Shown piece after piece: positions 29,916 through 39,311 of a DNA stretch of 64,000 nucleotides. Below the pieces are notes generated by a model, which worked only from the letters and a program-made list of their open reading frames with translations, did no database searches and had not been told where the DNA came from. Location of the stretch: positions 1,664,001 to 1,728,000 of the forward strand of contig CAWELD010000003.1 of assembly GCA_963809895.1 (NCBI GenBank). Reading direction: 5' to 3'. The position numbers and the translations under genes were made by a program. Each line of letters starts with the position of its first letter. Position 1 is the first letter of the stretch. Source of the DNA: an uncultured Gemmatimonadales bacterium (GTDB lineage: Bacteria; Gemmatimonadota; Gemmatimonadetes; Longimicrobiales; Gaopeijiaceae).

Positions 29916-32900
29916 TCAGAAGATGATCTCCAGGCTCGCGGAAATCGTCCGGAAGTTCGGGTAGCCGAAGTTGTCCACCCGGCCGATGGCTTCGGAGCCA
30001 CCGCCACTGCCCTGTCCACCCGTGCCGACCTCGGGGTCGTAGCCCTTGTAGTCGGTGATGGTGAGCAGATTCCGGCCGATGAGATTCACGCTCATGCCCG
30101 TCACGCCCAGCGATCCGAACATGCTCTGGACCGCGGACTGATCGAAGTTGTAGCGCAGCGACGCCTCGCGGAGCTTCACGAAGGTGCCGTTCTCCACGAA
30201 CCAACTGGAGTTCGCGTTCACGTTGTACAGGACCTGGTAGTAGTCGACGGACTTCTTCTGCGCATCGGACTTACCGGCCTGATCCTGGTCACCGGAGCGG
30301 TTGTCCCGGTACGCGTACGCACGGGTCTGGTTGTAGATGTCCGCCCCGAATTCGCCGTCGAACAGCGTGTAGAACGACAGGTTCTTCCAGCGAACCGTGT
30401 TCGACCAGCTCATGTTGAAGTCGGGCGTCGTGTTCCCCATGAAGAGGAAGTTGCTGCCCTCGCTGTCGATGGCCTTGATCGGGATGCCCCAATTGTAGTT
30501 GGTCCCGTTGACCTCGGCGCTCGAGCCCCACAGGTCCTTGCTGATACCATCGGTGTAGCTGTTGCCCGAGCCGACCCACACCAGCAGGCCGTCGTCGTTC
30601 ACCTGGAACTCCGAGCAATCCGTGCCCGAGGGCAGGTCGCCACACTGGCTCGCCCAGCGCGATCCGTAGAACGTGCCCAGCTCCTCGCCCTCACGGACGT
30701 AGAAGAAGCCCGTCCGGTACGGCGCGATGTCCAGCTGCGTGATCTTCTGGTGCGTCCGGTCGAAGTTCAGGCGGCTCGTCCAGGTGATGTCCGGACGGTC
30801 GACCAGCGCCGTCTCCACGAACGCCTCGATGGTGTTGCTCTCCAGCGTGCCGGCGTTCTGCCACTGGCTGTTGAAGCCCACGTAGCCCGGCAGCGGAACC
30901 TGCAGGAGCTGGTCTTCAACGGTCGACCACGCGTACGTCACGCCCGCGTTGATCTTGTTGTAGAACACCGTCTCCAGCCCCACTTCCTGCTCCGTCGACA
31001 GCTCCGGCTTCAGGAACTTGTTGCCCAGCGACACCGGCGAGATCACGCCGTTCGACACCGAGTACGTCTCGTACTGCGCGGCGAAACGCGGACGCCCGCC
31101 GGCGGTGCCGATGGAGTAGCGCAGCTTGAACTCGTTCAGGTTGTCGAACGGCCACCACGCTTCCTGGGCCAGCCGCCACGCGCCCGAGGCGCGGTAGTAC
31201 GTCTGCCAGCGCTCCTGCTCGCCGAACAGCGACGAGCCGTCGCGACGCACCAGGAAGTCACCCACGTACTTGCCCTGATAGTCCAGGGCCGTGATGAAGA
31301 AGTAGCCTTCGGCCAGCACGTCCTGGATCGCGGACCCCGCGTTGATGGAGCCCACGATGTTGTCCAGCGACGGCACGCCCTTGGCCGACAGGTTCCGGCC
31401 ACTGACGTTGAAGGCTTCGTAGTGCTGGTCCTCCAGCAGGTACCGGGCCTTGGTCCGGGTCGTCAGGTCGCCGAAGGACTTGTTGAACGACGCCGTGAAC
31501 GACGCGTTCATGTCGTTGTCGTGACGCTGCGACTTGCTCAAGCTGCCGTCGCCCACGCCCGACTGGTCCGACACGACGCCCGACGGCGTGATGTTGCTCT
31601 GCCAGTAGTTCTGCTGGTCGAGCGAGAAGTTGCCCTCGAGCTCGAACCACGAAATGGGCGTCCACACCACGTTGGCGCTGCCCAGGAACCGCTGACGCCA
31701 GTCACGCTGGTCGTCCAGGTCCAGCAGGTAGAGCGGGTTCGCCTCCTGCGACAGCGGATCCGGACGCCAGATGTAGCAGCCCTGCGGTCCGCACGGACCC
31801 ACGTTCGCCGTCGCGCTCGCCCGCTGCTGCAGGTTCGCGAACGGCGCGATGAACGCCAGGTCGTAGAACGGGCTCCCGCCCAGATCCTCCTGAGCCGACT
31901 TCGCGTAGTACGTGCTCAGCGAGATGTTGACGTTGTCCAGGATCTGGTGGTCCAGGTTCAACCGGAACCCGTTCAGCTTGAAGCCCGAGTTCAGGTCCAC
32001 CACGCCCGTCTCCAACTGATGCGAGAACGAGGCACGGTAGTTCGTCGAGCCCGTACGACCCTCGGCCGCCACGTAGCCCGTGTAGAAATCGCCCGGATGG
32101 AAGAAGCGATCCACCTGGTCGTACAGCGGATACGGCCACGCACCGTCCTGGAACGACTTCGCCGACACGCCCCCGTTCAACACGGGGTTCGGCGGCGCGC
32201 AGTTCACGCCCAGCGGATCCAGGATCGGCTCACACACCTCACCGGTGTTCTTGTCGTAGAAGTACCGGATGTCCACGGCGTTGCCGTCGGCGTCGATGAT
32301 GTCGCCGTTGGCGTTCATCGCGTACGAGTGATTCCGCGAGAACGGCGTCGAACCCTCCAGGTTCTGCTTGCCGTACTCGTTGCGCACCGTGATCCGCGCC
32401 TGGTCCACGCTCAGCCCCGAGCCACGACGCGTGCGAATCTGCACCACGCCGTTCTGGGCCCGCGATCCGTACAGCGACGCCGCCGCCGCACCCTTCACGA
32501 TCTCCACCGACTCCACGTCCAGCGAGCTGATGTCCGCCAGCGTGTTGTCCGTGATCACACCGTCCACGATGATCAGCGGATTCTGCGACCCCGTGATCGT
32601 CGTCGGGCCCCGCAGCATGATGCTGCCGTCCGAGCCCGGCTGGCCGCTGCCCTTCACCACCTTCGCTCCGGGAACCTTACCGGCGATCAGACCGTCCGCG
32701 GACGGCGTCGGCACCGGCATGTCCTCGAAGTCCACCTTCTCCACGGTGAACGGCAGCTTCACCCTCGGCGTCGAGCCCGCCACTCCGGTCACCACCAGCT
32801 CCTGAAGCTTCAGGGCCGTGGATTCCATGCGGAACTCCACCGTCGTGGTCTGACCTGCCGTGACCGTCACCTCCTGCGTGACGCTCGTGTACCCGATCAG

Positions 32901-33146
32901 CTCCACACTCACTTCGTGCGTGCCCGCGGGCACCTGGTTCAACATGATGAATCGGCCCTGAGCGTTCGTCAGCGCACCCTGATTGAGCGCGGAGATGTAC
33001 ACCTGGGCCGACTCCAGAGGACGCCCGGACGTCGCATCCACGACGGTACCGGTCAGCGTCCCTGTGGCCTGGGCCGCTGCAGGCGCCGGCATGCCGGCGA
33101 AAGCCGCGGCCGCGGCCAGTGGCAAGAACTTACCCCAGAGTCTCAT
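29916..33146 (-). CDS. SusC/RagA family TonB-dependent outer-membrane transporter
   Basis: Signal peptide, CarboxypepD-like N-domain, LQELVVTG TonB box, PLIIVDG, VEIVKGAAAASLYGSRAQNGVVQIRT, LKPELSTEQEVG, GRNLLTITDYKGYDPE, terminal F. Confidence 0.96.
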   Translation of the reverse strand: MRLWGKFLPLAAAAAFAGMPAPAAAQATGTLTGTVVDATSGRPLESAQVYISALNQGALTNAQGRFIMLNQVPAGTHEVSVELIGYTSVTQEVTVTAGQTTTVEFRMESTALKLQELVVTGVAGSTPRVKLPFTVEKVDFEDMPVPTPSADGLIAGKVPGAKVVKGSGQPGSDGSIMLRGPTTITGSQNPLIIVDGVITDNTLADISSLDVESVEIVKGAAAASLYGSRAQNGVVQIRTRRGSGLSVDQARITVRNEYGKQNLEGSTPFSRNHSYAMNANGDIIDADGNAVDIRYFYDKNTGEVCEPILDPLGVNCAPPNPVLNGGVSAKSFQDGAWPYPLYDQVDRFFHPGDFYTGYVAAEGRTGSTNYRASFSHQLETGVVDLNSGFKLNGFRLNLDHQILDNVNISLSTYYAKSAQEDLGGSPFYDLAFIAPFANLQQRASATANVGPCGPQGCYIWRPDPLSQEANPLYLLDLDDQRDWRQRFLGSANVVWTPISWFELEGNFSLDQQNYWQSNITPSGVVSDQSGVGDGSLSKSQRHDNDMNASFTASFNKSFGDLTTRTKARYLLEDQHYEAFNVSGRNLSAKGVPSLDNIVGSINAGSAIQDVLAEGYFFITALDYQGKYVGDFLVRRDGSSLFGEQERWQTYYRASGAWRLAQEAWWPFDNLNEFKLRYSIGTAGGRPRFAAQYETYSVSNGVISPVSLGNKFLKPELSTEQEVGLETVFYNKINAGVTYAWSTVEDQLLQVPLPGYVGFNSQWQNAGTLESNTIEAFVETALVDRPDITWTSRLNFDRTHQKITQLDIAPYRTGFFYVREGEELGTFYGSRWASQCGDLPSGTDCSEFQVNDDGLLVWVGSGNSYTDGISKDLWGSSAEVNGTNYNWGIPIKAIDSEGSNFLFMGNTTPDFNMSWSNTVRWKNLSFYTLFDGEFGADIYNQTRAYAYRDNRSGDQDQAGKSDAQKKSVDYYQVLYNVNANSSWFVENGTFVKLREASLRYNFDQSAVQSMFGSLGVTGMSVNLIGRNLLTITDYKGYDPEVGTGGQGSGGGSEAIGRVDNFGYPNFRTISASLEIIF

Positions 33147-33382
33147 GAAGGGCCTCCGATTGGGGTTGGACGGAAATGTGCCGGCGGAACCCGAAAGCTC
33201 CGCACAGACGGCAACGAGCCACATGGACGTGACTCGGCGACTGCCTCGGGTGGTCAGTCCCGAAACATGTCGACTTGGATTCGGTTGTTGGGGATTCGAA
33301 CGATGATGGGATCAAAAGCGCTTGGCTCCGGGCTGGGGGAAAGGCGCGAGCCCACGGGTGTCCCGCGGGTCATCCGGCCTCT

Positions 33383-33411
33383 TAGTAACGTGCGACCTTC
33401 CGCTTTGTCAA
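33383..33411 (-). promoter_or_regulatory. possible promoter for susCD
   Basis: Perfect TTGACA at 33411-33406; -10 region (TTACTA/TACTAA) imperfect. Confidence 0.35.
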
Positions 33412-33445
33412 GCGTGCTGACGTCCGTGCGAGACACGTTTCGACA

Positions 33446-33463
33446 CGAAATGATGTCATTTCG
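33446..33463. promoter_or_regulatory. perfect palindrome, candidate transcription-factor operator
   Basis: CGAAATGA-TG-TCATTTCG, AT-rich in a GC-rich background, between divergent susC and PBP1A. Confidence 0.45.
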
Positions 33464-33643
33464 CCCCGTGATGGCTACCTTCCGGCCCACAACGTGCATA
33501 CCCGCATTTCCAGCGGTGCGTCGGTGTCACAGGCGTCGGTGCCACCGCAGTGGATCGCCCGGGGACCCGACCCGGCATGAATCGTGTAGCAGAGACTCGT
33601 CGTTCAGCCGGGCCTCGGCCCCCTGCCCCCCGTTACCCGCCCC

Positions 33644-35851
33644 ATGTCACGAATCGCCGCCCTCCGCCACCACCTCGCGCAGTTCCGGGATTCCCGCTAC
33701 TTCCAGCCCACCATCCTGGGCGTGGCCTTCCTCCTGTTTGCCGGGGTCGGGCTCGTCTGGGGGTCGTGGCGCAACCTGTGCGTGACCTGTCCCTCGGTGG
33801 CTCAGATCAAGACATGGGAGCCGGAACAGACCAGCAAGCTCCTGGCGCACGACGGCCAGCTCATCACCGAGCTCGGCATGGAGCGGCGCACACCCGTCTC
33901 GATCCAGGCGCTCCCGGACTACGTCCCGCACGCGGTGGTCGCCATTGAGGATCGACGCTTCTACGAGCACGGAGGCTTCGACGTGCGGGGCATCGCTCGG
34001 GCGGCCTTCGGCGTTCTCACGGGCCGGAACCTGGGGGGCGGCAGCACGATCACCCAGCAGCTCGCCCGCAACATGTTCGACCAGAGCATTGGATTCGAAC
34101 GCCGCTACATGCGCAAGCTGCGCGAGCTGCAGGTGGCATTGGAGCTGGAGCGCTCGTACTCGAAGGACCAGATCCTCGAGGCCTACCTGAACGAGATCTA
34201 CATGGGGCGGGGGTACGGCTTCCAATCGGCCTCGCGCGCGTATTTCGGAAAAGACGTGCGGGACGTGAACGTCGCCGAAGCGGCCCTGCTGGCGGCGATC
34301 CTGAACCGTCCGGGCACATACGACCCGTTCCGCCATCCCGACGCCGCCCGGCGGCGCCGCAACATGGTCCTGGACCGTATGGCGGAGGAGGGCTACCTCA
34401 CGCGCCCCGAAGCCGACCAGTGGAAGTCCTTTCCGCTGCCCGACGAGGACCACTCCAACGCCGGGCTGCACGGCATCGCGCCCTATTTCGAGGAATGGGT
34501 GCGGCAGATCCTGGATTCGCGCTTCGGAGACGAGGTCTACCGGGGCGGGCTCAGGGTCTACACCACGCTGGACCTGGACGTGCAGCGATCGGCGCTCGAG
34601 GCCATGAAATGGGGCTGGAATCGGATCGAGAGCCAGCCCAACTACAAGCAACCCCTGTACGCGGACTTCGACACCGTCACGAGCTTTCCGGGCAATGACA
34701 CGCCGTACCTGCAGGGCATGATGGTGGCGTTGGATCCCGCCACGGGTGCCGTGAGAGCGCTCATCGGCGGGCGCAACTTCGAGCAATCCAAGTTCGACCG
34801 TGCGCGCCTCGCGCGCCGGCAGGCCGGCTCGTCCTTCAAGCCGTTCGTCTACGCCTCGGCCATAGCGTCGGGTATTCCCGCCTCGCACATCGTCGAGGAC
34901 CAGCCGGTGGTCTATCCCCAGGTGAGCGGCGAGGACTGGCGACCCCAGAACTTCGAGGAGGAGTTCAGGGGTCCGATCACGATCCGCGAAGGCTTGCGGG
35001 AATCCATCAACATGATCGCCATCAAGCTGGGGTGGGAGGAGGTCGGGATCGAGACCGTCCGCCAGACCGCCAAGAGCATGGGGATCCAGACCGAGATCGA
35101 GCCCTTCCCGTCCACCACCATCGGCGCCGCCGAGGTGATCCCCATCCAGATGGCCGAAGCGTATTCCTCGTTCGCGACCCTGGGCGCGAAGGTGCGCCCC
35201 TTCCCCATCGTGCGGGTGGAGAACGCCGAGGGCGAGGTCCTGTGGGAGCCCCAGCCGGAGCGCACCCAGGTGCTGGACAGCCTGCCGGCGCGCATCATGG
35301 TGGATATGCTGCAAGACGCGGCCAACAACGGAACCGGCAAGAACCACCGACTCGTGGGCGGCCTTCCGGTAGAAGTCCCCACGGCGGGCAAGACCGGCAC
35401 CACCAACGACGGCACCAACACCTGGTTCATCGGCTTCACGCCGAACCTGGTGGCAGCCGTCTGGTTCGGGATGGACAAGCCGGTGCCCATCACGCGCGGG
35501 CGGCCCGCGGCCACGGGCGGCTACTACGCCGCGCCGGTGTGGGGACGCTTCATGGACCACGTATACTACGGCATGGACGCCACCGAGGACGGCGACGAGG
35601 CGTTGGAGCCGGCCCTGGACATTCCGGCACAGTGGCCCATGCTGCCCGGGCTCACGACCCGGGTGGTGGACAGCCGTACCGGCAAGCTGTGGAGCCGCTG
35701 GTGCGAGGTGGTGGGCGATGGCGAGGGCGGCGAGAGCAACAAGTACACGGAGATCTACATTCCCGGCACCGAGCCCACCGAGGTCTGTGACGCGTCGAGC
35801 CGGCGCCGGTTCCGGATTCCCGGCGTGGGTGGTCTGGGCGGAGGCCGGTGA
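33644..35851 (+). CDS. class A penicillin-binding protein (PBP1A family)
   Basis: GT51 motifs EDRRFYEHGG, GGSTITQQLARN, LEAYLNEIY; transpeptidase SSFK, SIN, KTGT. Confidence 0.96.
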   Translation: MSRIAALRHHLAQFRDSRYFQPTILGVAFLLFAGVGLVWGSWRNLCVTCPSVAQIKTWEPEQTSKLLAHDGQLITELGMERRTPVSIQALPDYVPHAVVAIEDRRFYEHGGFDVRGIARAAFGVLTGRNLGGGSTITQQLARNMFDQSIGFERRYMRKLRELQVALELERSYSKDQILEAYLNEIYMGRGYGFQSASRAYFGKDVRDVNVAEAALLAAILNRPGTYDPFRHPDAARRRRNMVLDRMAEEGYLTRPEADQWKSFPLPDEDHSNAGLHGIAPYFEEWVRQILDSRFGDEVYRGGLRVYTTLDLDVQRSALEAMKWGWNRIESQPNYKQPLYADFDTVTSFPGNDTPYLQGMMVALDPATGAVRALIGGRNFEQSKFDRARLARRQAGSSFKPFVYASAIASGIPASHIVEDQPVVYPQVSGEDWRPQNFEEEFRGPITIREGLRESINMIAIKLGWEEVGIETVRQTAKSMGIQTEIEPFPSTTIGAAEVIPIQMAEAYSSFATLGAKVRPFPIVRVENAEGEVLWEPQPERTQVLDSLPARIMVDMLQDAANNGTGKNHRLVGGLPVEVPTAGKTGTTNDGTNTWFIGFTPNLVAAVWFGMDKPVPITRGRPAATGGYYAAPVWGRFMDHVYYGMDATEDGDEALEPALDIPAQWPMLPGLTTRVVDSRTGKLWSRWCEVVGDGEGGESNKYTEIYIPGTEPTEVCDASSRRRFRIPGVGGLGGGR

Positions 35852-36072
35852 GGGCGGTCCTCTTCACCTTCGACACCACGCACATGGCGCTGTGGGCCGA
35901 AGAGGTGGCCGGCGCCGCCGGGATCACCGTGGAGGTGATGCCCACACCGCCGGGAACCGGTGCGCTCTGCAACCTGGCACTGGCGGCCGCGGCGTCCGAC
36001 CGCGAAGCGCTGGCGGCGTCCTCGCAGGACGCCGGCGTGGTCTTCCGGAAGCCCGTGCCGCTGGAGGTCTAG
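35848..36072 (+). CDS. small DUF3343-like protein
   Basis: TFDTTHMALWAEEV..MPTP...CNLAL matches DUF3343 pattern; GTGA overlap with PBP stop; RBS GGAGG. Confidence 0.7.
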   Translation: MRAVLFTFDTTHMALWAEEVAGAAGITVEVMPTPPGTGALCNLALAAAASDREALAASSQDAGVVFRKPVPLEV

Positions 36073-37417
36073 CACTCTCAGCCCGGGGCCCAACCTCGAT
36101 ACCCGCGGCGCTGACGCGATGCGAGATCAGCGGACGAACCGTCGGCGTGTCGCCCGGCGCGCCCACGGTCACCGCCTCGCGGAGTGCCTCCCGGCCCCAC
36201 GCGAGTCCCTCTTCGTCGGCGGCGTGGACCTCTCCCAGCGACTGTCCCTCCGCCACCTCCGTTCCCGGCGCCACCGCGAGGACGAATCCGACCCGGGCAT
36301 CGATGCTCTCCCCCAGACGGGTGCGGCCACCACCCATGGCGACACAGGCGCGTCCCAGCGTGAGTGGCGACACGCCGGTCACCACGCCGGCGCGTCTGGC
36401 CGCCACCACGTCCACCGCGGGGGCCCGAGGCATCCGTCGGGGGTCCTCCACCACGGAGACGTCACCCCCCTGAGCCTCCACCAGCCTCTTCATGCGAGAG
36501 AGAGCCCGCCCCTCGTCCAGGGCAGCTTCGGCCCGCGCCCGGCCCTCGGCCACGGTGCCCACGACTTGCCCGGCCAGCGCCATCTCGGCAGCCAGCTCCA
36601 CCACCAGCGCGCGCAGGTCGGCGGGGCCCCTGCCCCGGAGGCACTGCAGTGCCTCCACGGTCTCCAGGCCGTTCCCCACGGCGCGCCCCAGAGGACGGTC
36701 CATGGCGGTGAGCAACGCCGTCGTCGGAACCCCGTGGTCTTCGCCCAGCGACACCATGACGGACGCGAGCTCCTGTGCGCGCTCCTCTTCCGCGATGAAG
36801 GCGCCCTCGCCGACCTTCACGTCCAGCACGAGGGCCGACAGGCCTTCCGCGAGCTTCTTGCTCATGATGCTGGAGGCGATGAGGGGGATGCAGGGCACGG
36901 TCCCGCTCACGCTGCGCAGATCGTACAGGCGGCGATCCAGCGGGGCGATCTCGCGGGTCTGGCCGATCATGGCGCAGCCGATCTGTTCGAGAACGGTTCG
37001 AAACTCGGTCAGCCCGAGGTCGGTCCTGAACCCGGGAATCGCTTCCAGCTTGTCCAGCGTGCCTCCGGTATGTCCCAGGCCCCGACCGGACATCATGGGC
37101 ACGTACAGACCGAGCTCGGCGGCGAGGGGGGCCAGTGCCAGGGACACCTTGTCGCCGACGCCCCCCGTCGAGTGCTTGTCGATGCGTGGCCCCGGCAGGT
37201 CGGCGAGATCCAGGACCGCGCCCGAGTGTATCATGACCTCGACGAAGGCGTTGAGCTCGGCTCGGGTCATCCCCCGAAACACCACGGCCATGAGGAAGGC
37301 CGACATCTGATACTCTTCCACCTCGCCGGCCAGATAGGCGCCCAGAAAGCTCCGCACGTCCTCTGCGCGCAGCTCCGCACCGTCTCGCTTGTCCTCGATG
37401 ACCCGGGTGGGGATCAT
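35924..37417 (-). CDS. pdp: pyrimidine-nucleoside/thymidine phosphorylase (C-terminal tail possibly spurious)
   Basis: YQMSAFLMAV, DKHSTGGVGD, MSGRGLGHTGGTLDKLEAIPG, SIMSKKLAEG, DVKVG. Confidence 0.95.
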   Translation of the reverse strand: MIPTRVIEDKRDGAELRAEDVRSFLGAYLAGEVEEYQMSAFLMAVVFRGMTRAELNAFVEVMIHSGAVLDLADLPGPRIDKHSTGGVGDKVSLALAPLAAELGLYVPMMSGRGLGHTGGTLDKLEAIPGFRTDLGLTEFRTVLEQIGCAMIGQTREIAPLDRRLYDLRSVSGTVPCIPLIASSIMSKKLAEGLSALVLDVKVGEGAFIAEEERAQELASVMVSLGEDHGVPTTALLTAMDRPLGRAVGNGLETVEALQCLRGRGPADLRALVVELAAEMALAGQVVGTVAEGRARAEAALDEGRALSRMKRLVEAQGGDVSVVEDPRRMPRAPAVDVVAARRAGVVTGVSPLTLGRACVAMGGGRTRLGESIDARVGFVLAVAPGTEVAEGQSLGEVHAADEEGLAWGREALREAVTVGAPGDTPTVRPLISHRVSAAGIEVGPRAESARPPAARASGRPRRRPARTPPALRGRTPRPPVPGCRAHRFPAVWASPPR

Positions 37418-37487
37418 TGACCGTCTCTCCCTGGGCTCTGAACTTCCGGGCCCGCGTTCGCTCCTCCGTCACCACCATTCGCGCACC

Positions 37488-38249
37488 ATGCATCCGTCGC
37501 GGCTCCTGGCCGCCCTCTTGTTCGTCGTCGCTCCGGCTCTGGCCTCGGCCCAGGAGACCGGGCCTGTGGCGCGGGGTGACGACCTCCACGCCCGCATGCG
37601 GCCGCTGGAGGCGCTGGAGGCGTATCAGGCAGCGCTGCGCGCCGACTCCTCACGCTACGAGGCCCTGTGGAAGGCGACGCGCGAGGCCGTGGATCTGGGG
37701 ATGCTCACCGGTGACGAGGGCGCGCGCAGGGAATGGTACCTGAGCGCTGTCGACTACGCCCGCCGCGCCGTGGCCGCCGACAGCACCCGCGCCGAGGGCT
37801 ACACCTGGCTCGGCGTCGCGCTGGGCAGGCAAGCCCTCCAGGAGGATCCCAGAACCAAGGTGCGGTTGGCCGAGGAGATCCGGGACGCGGCGCGTCGAGC
37901 TCTGGCTCTGGATCCCGGGGCCGCCGGAGCCCATCACGTACTCGGGCAGTGGCACGCGGAAATCCGCCGCCTCGGCGGGCTCACGCGCTTTGCGGCTCGC
38001 CACCTGCTCGGCGCCGAGGTCTTCGACGAGGCCGATTGGGACGAAGCGGAATCGCACCTGCGTCGAGCGACGGAACTCGAACCGTCTGGACTGATCCACC
38101 ACCTGGAGCTGGCGAGGGTACTGCTGGACCGGGACCGCCCCGACGAAGCCCGCAAGGAACTCGAGCAGGTGCTGGAGCGGCCCGCCAGGGAGCCCATCGA
38201 CCCTCTCCTCAAGCAGAAAGCTCAGGAGCTGCTCCAGGCGCTGGGATGA
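37488..38249 (+). CDS. secreted TPR protein
   Basis: Signal peptide ending ALASA|Q; TPR-like helices (YARRAVAAD, ARRALALDP, LRRATELEP). Confidence 0.8.
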   Translation: MHPSRLLAALLFVVAPALASAQETGPVARGDDLHARMRPLEALEAYQAALRADSSRYEALWKATREAVDLGMLTGDEGARREWYLSAVDYARRAVAADSTRAEGYTWLGVALGRQALQEDPRTKVRLAEEIRDAARRALALDPGAAGAHHVLGQWHAEIRRLGGLTRFAARHLLGAEVFDEADWDEAESHLRRATELEPSGLIHHLELARVLLDRDRPDEARKELEQVLERPAREPIDPLLKQKAQELLQALG

Positions 38250-38272
38250 GTCTCCCGGCCCGGAGCGGCGCC

Positions 38273-38524
38273 TCAGGACGTGGTGAACCGCTTGCGCGCA
38301 CCCCGGAACGCATCGTCCACGCGTCCCTTCACCTCGTCCGCCAGGTCCTCGAAGCGGTCGGACGCTCCATCGCGCACGTCCGACGCCACGCGGCGGATGC
38401 GCTTGCGGGTGCGGCGGCCACTCTCCGGTGCGGTCAGAAGGGCGATGCCCGCGCCGATGACCGCCCCCAGGACCAGGCCCGAGACGAAGTTGACGACCTG
38501 GGTGGAATGTTCGTCGTATTCCAT
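38273..38524 (-). CDS. YtxH domain-containing protein
   Basis: FVSGLVLGAVIGAGIALLTAPESGRRTRKRI. Confidence 0.9.
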   Translation of the reverse strand: MEYDEHSTQVVNFVSGLVLGAVIGAGIALLTAPESGRRTRKRIRRVASDVRDGASDRFEDLADEVKGRVDDAFRGARKRFTTS

Positions 38525-38771
38525 GATCTCCTCTCCTCTGGATGGAGGTCTTTGTCCGGCTTGCGGCTGCCCGGTCCCCGGGCGGCGGTACTCGTTCGAT
38601 GTATCCCCCGCCCTCGAAGCGGTGTTCCGCCGTGGCGAGCGCGGTACCCGCCCAGGTGTCCGAGAAACGACGCTCGCCTATATTTCCGCGGGGTGGTCGG
38701 ACCTTCCGCCACCTGTTGAAGATACCACAGCTCCGTCCTCGACGGGATCGTTTCTCCAGCCCGTGAACCCC

Positions 38772-39308
38772 ATGCTTCCACTCCGCGCCCGGTCCGAAGT
38801 GGCTGTTCCCGCGTCAACGTTCGCGTCTCTGCGACGCATTCTCCGGTCCGACGTGGGCCCTGCGGCGGCGCTGGAGCTTCTCCACGCCGCAGGCGAACAG
38901 GCCGGCGCGGACATCCATCGCGGCCTCCTGGCGGAGTTGTCTCCCGGAGCCGGGGTTGGCGAGTTCTGGGACCGGCTCGCGCAATACATGGAGGAGCGCG
39001 GATGGGGGACGTTGCGCCACGGCGCGGTGCACCCCGGCGTGGGGCTCCTGACCAGCGACGACTGGGCGGAGGCCTCCGCCGCGAGTGAAGACGACGGGGG
39101 GCGCTCGACCTGCGCTTTCTCCGTGGGGATGCTCGAAGGTCTGCTGGGACAGGTCGCCGGCGATCGGGTAGCCGTGATCGAGGCGGAGTGCCGGGGCCGG
39201 GGTGACCCGCACTGTGCGTTCGCGTTCGGCGCCGAGGACACCCTGCGCCGGTTGAGGGAAGAGCTGCGCCGGGGACGTTCGCTGGACGAAGCGCTGGCAG
39301 GCCTCTGA
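38772..39308 (+). CDS. stand-alone V4R domain protein
   Basis: RGWGTL, CAFSVGMLEG, EAECRGRGDPHCAF. Confidence 0.8.
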   Translation: MLPLRARSEVAVPASTFASLRRILRSDVGPAAALELLHAAGEQAGADIHRGLLAELSPGAGVGEFWDRLAQYMEERGWGTLRHGAVHPGVGLLTSDDWAEASAASEDDGGRSTCAFSVGMLEGLLGQVAGDRVAVIEAECRGRGDPHCAFAFGAEDTLRRLREELRRGRSLDEALAGL

Positions 39309-39311
39309 GCC

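Noticed and set aside
29823..33785. 1320-aa plus-strand ORF
   Set aside because: Antisense shadow of susC; high-GC codon bias removes stops on the opposite strand; no recognisable motifs
35848..36072. Selenoprotein or stop read-through in the DUF3343-like gene
   Set aside because: The conserved position is a normal TGC Cys, the gene ends in TAG, and no SECIS-like hairpin is evident
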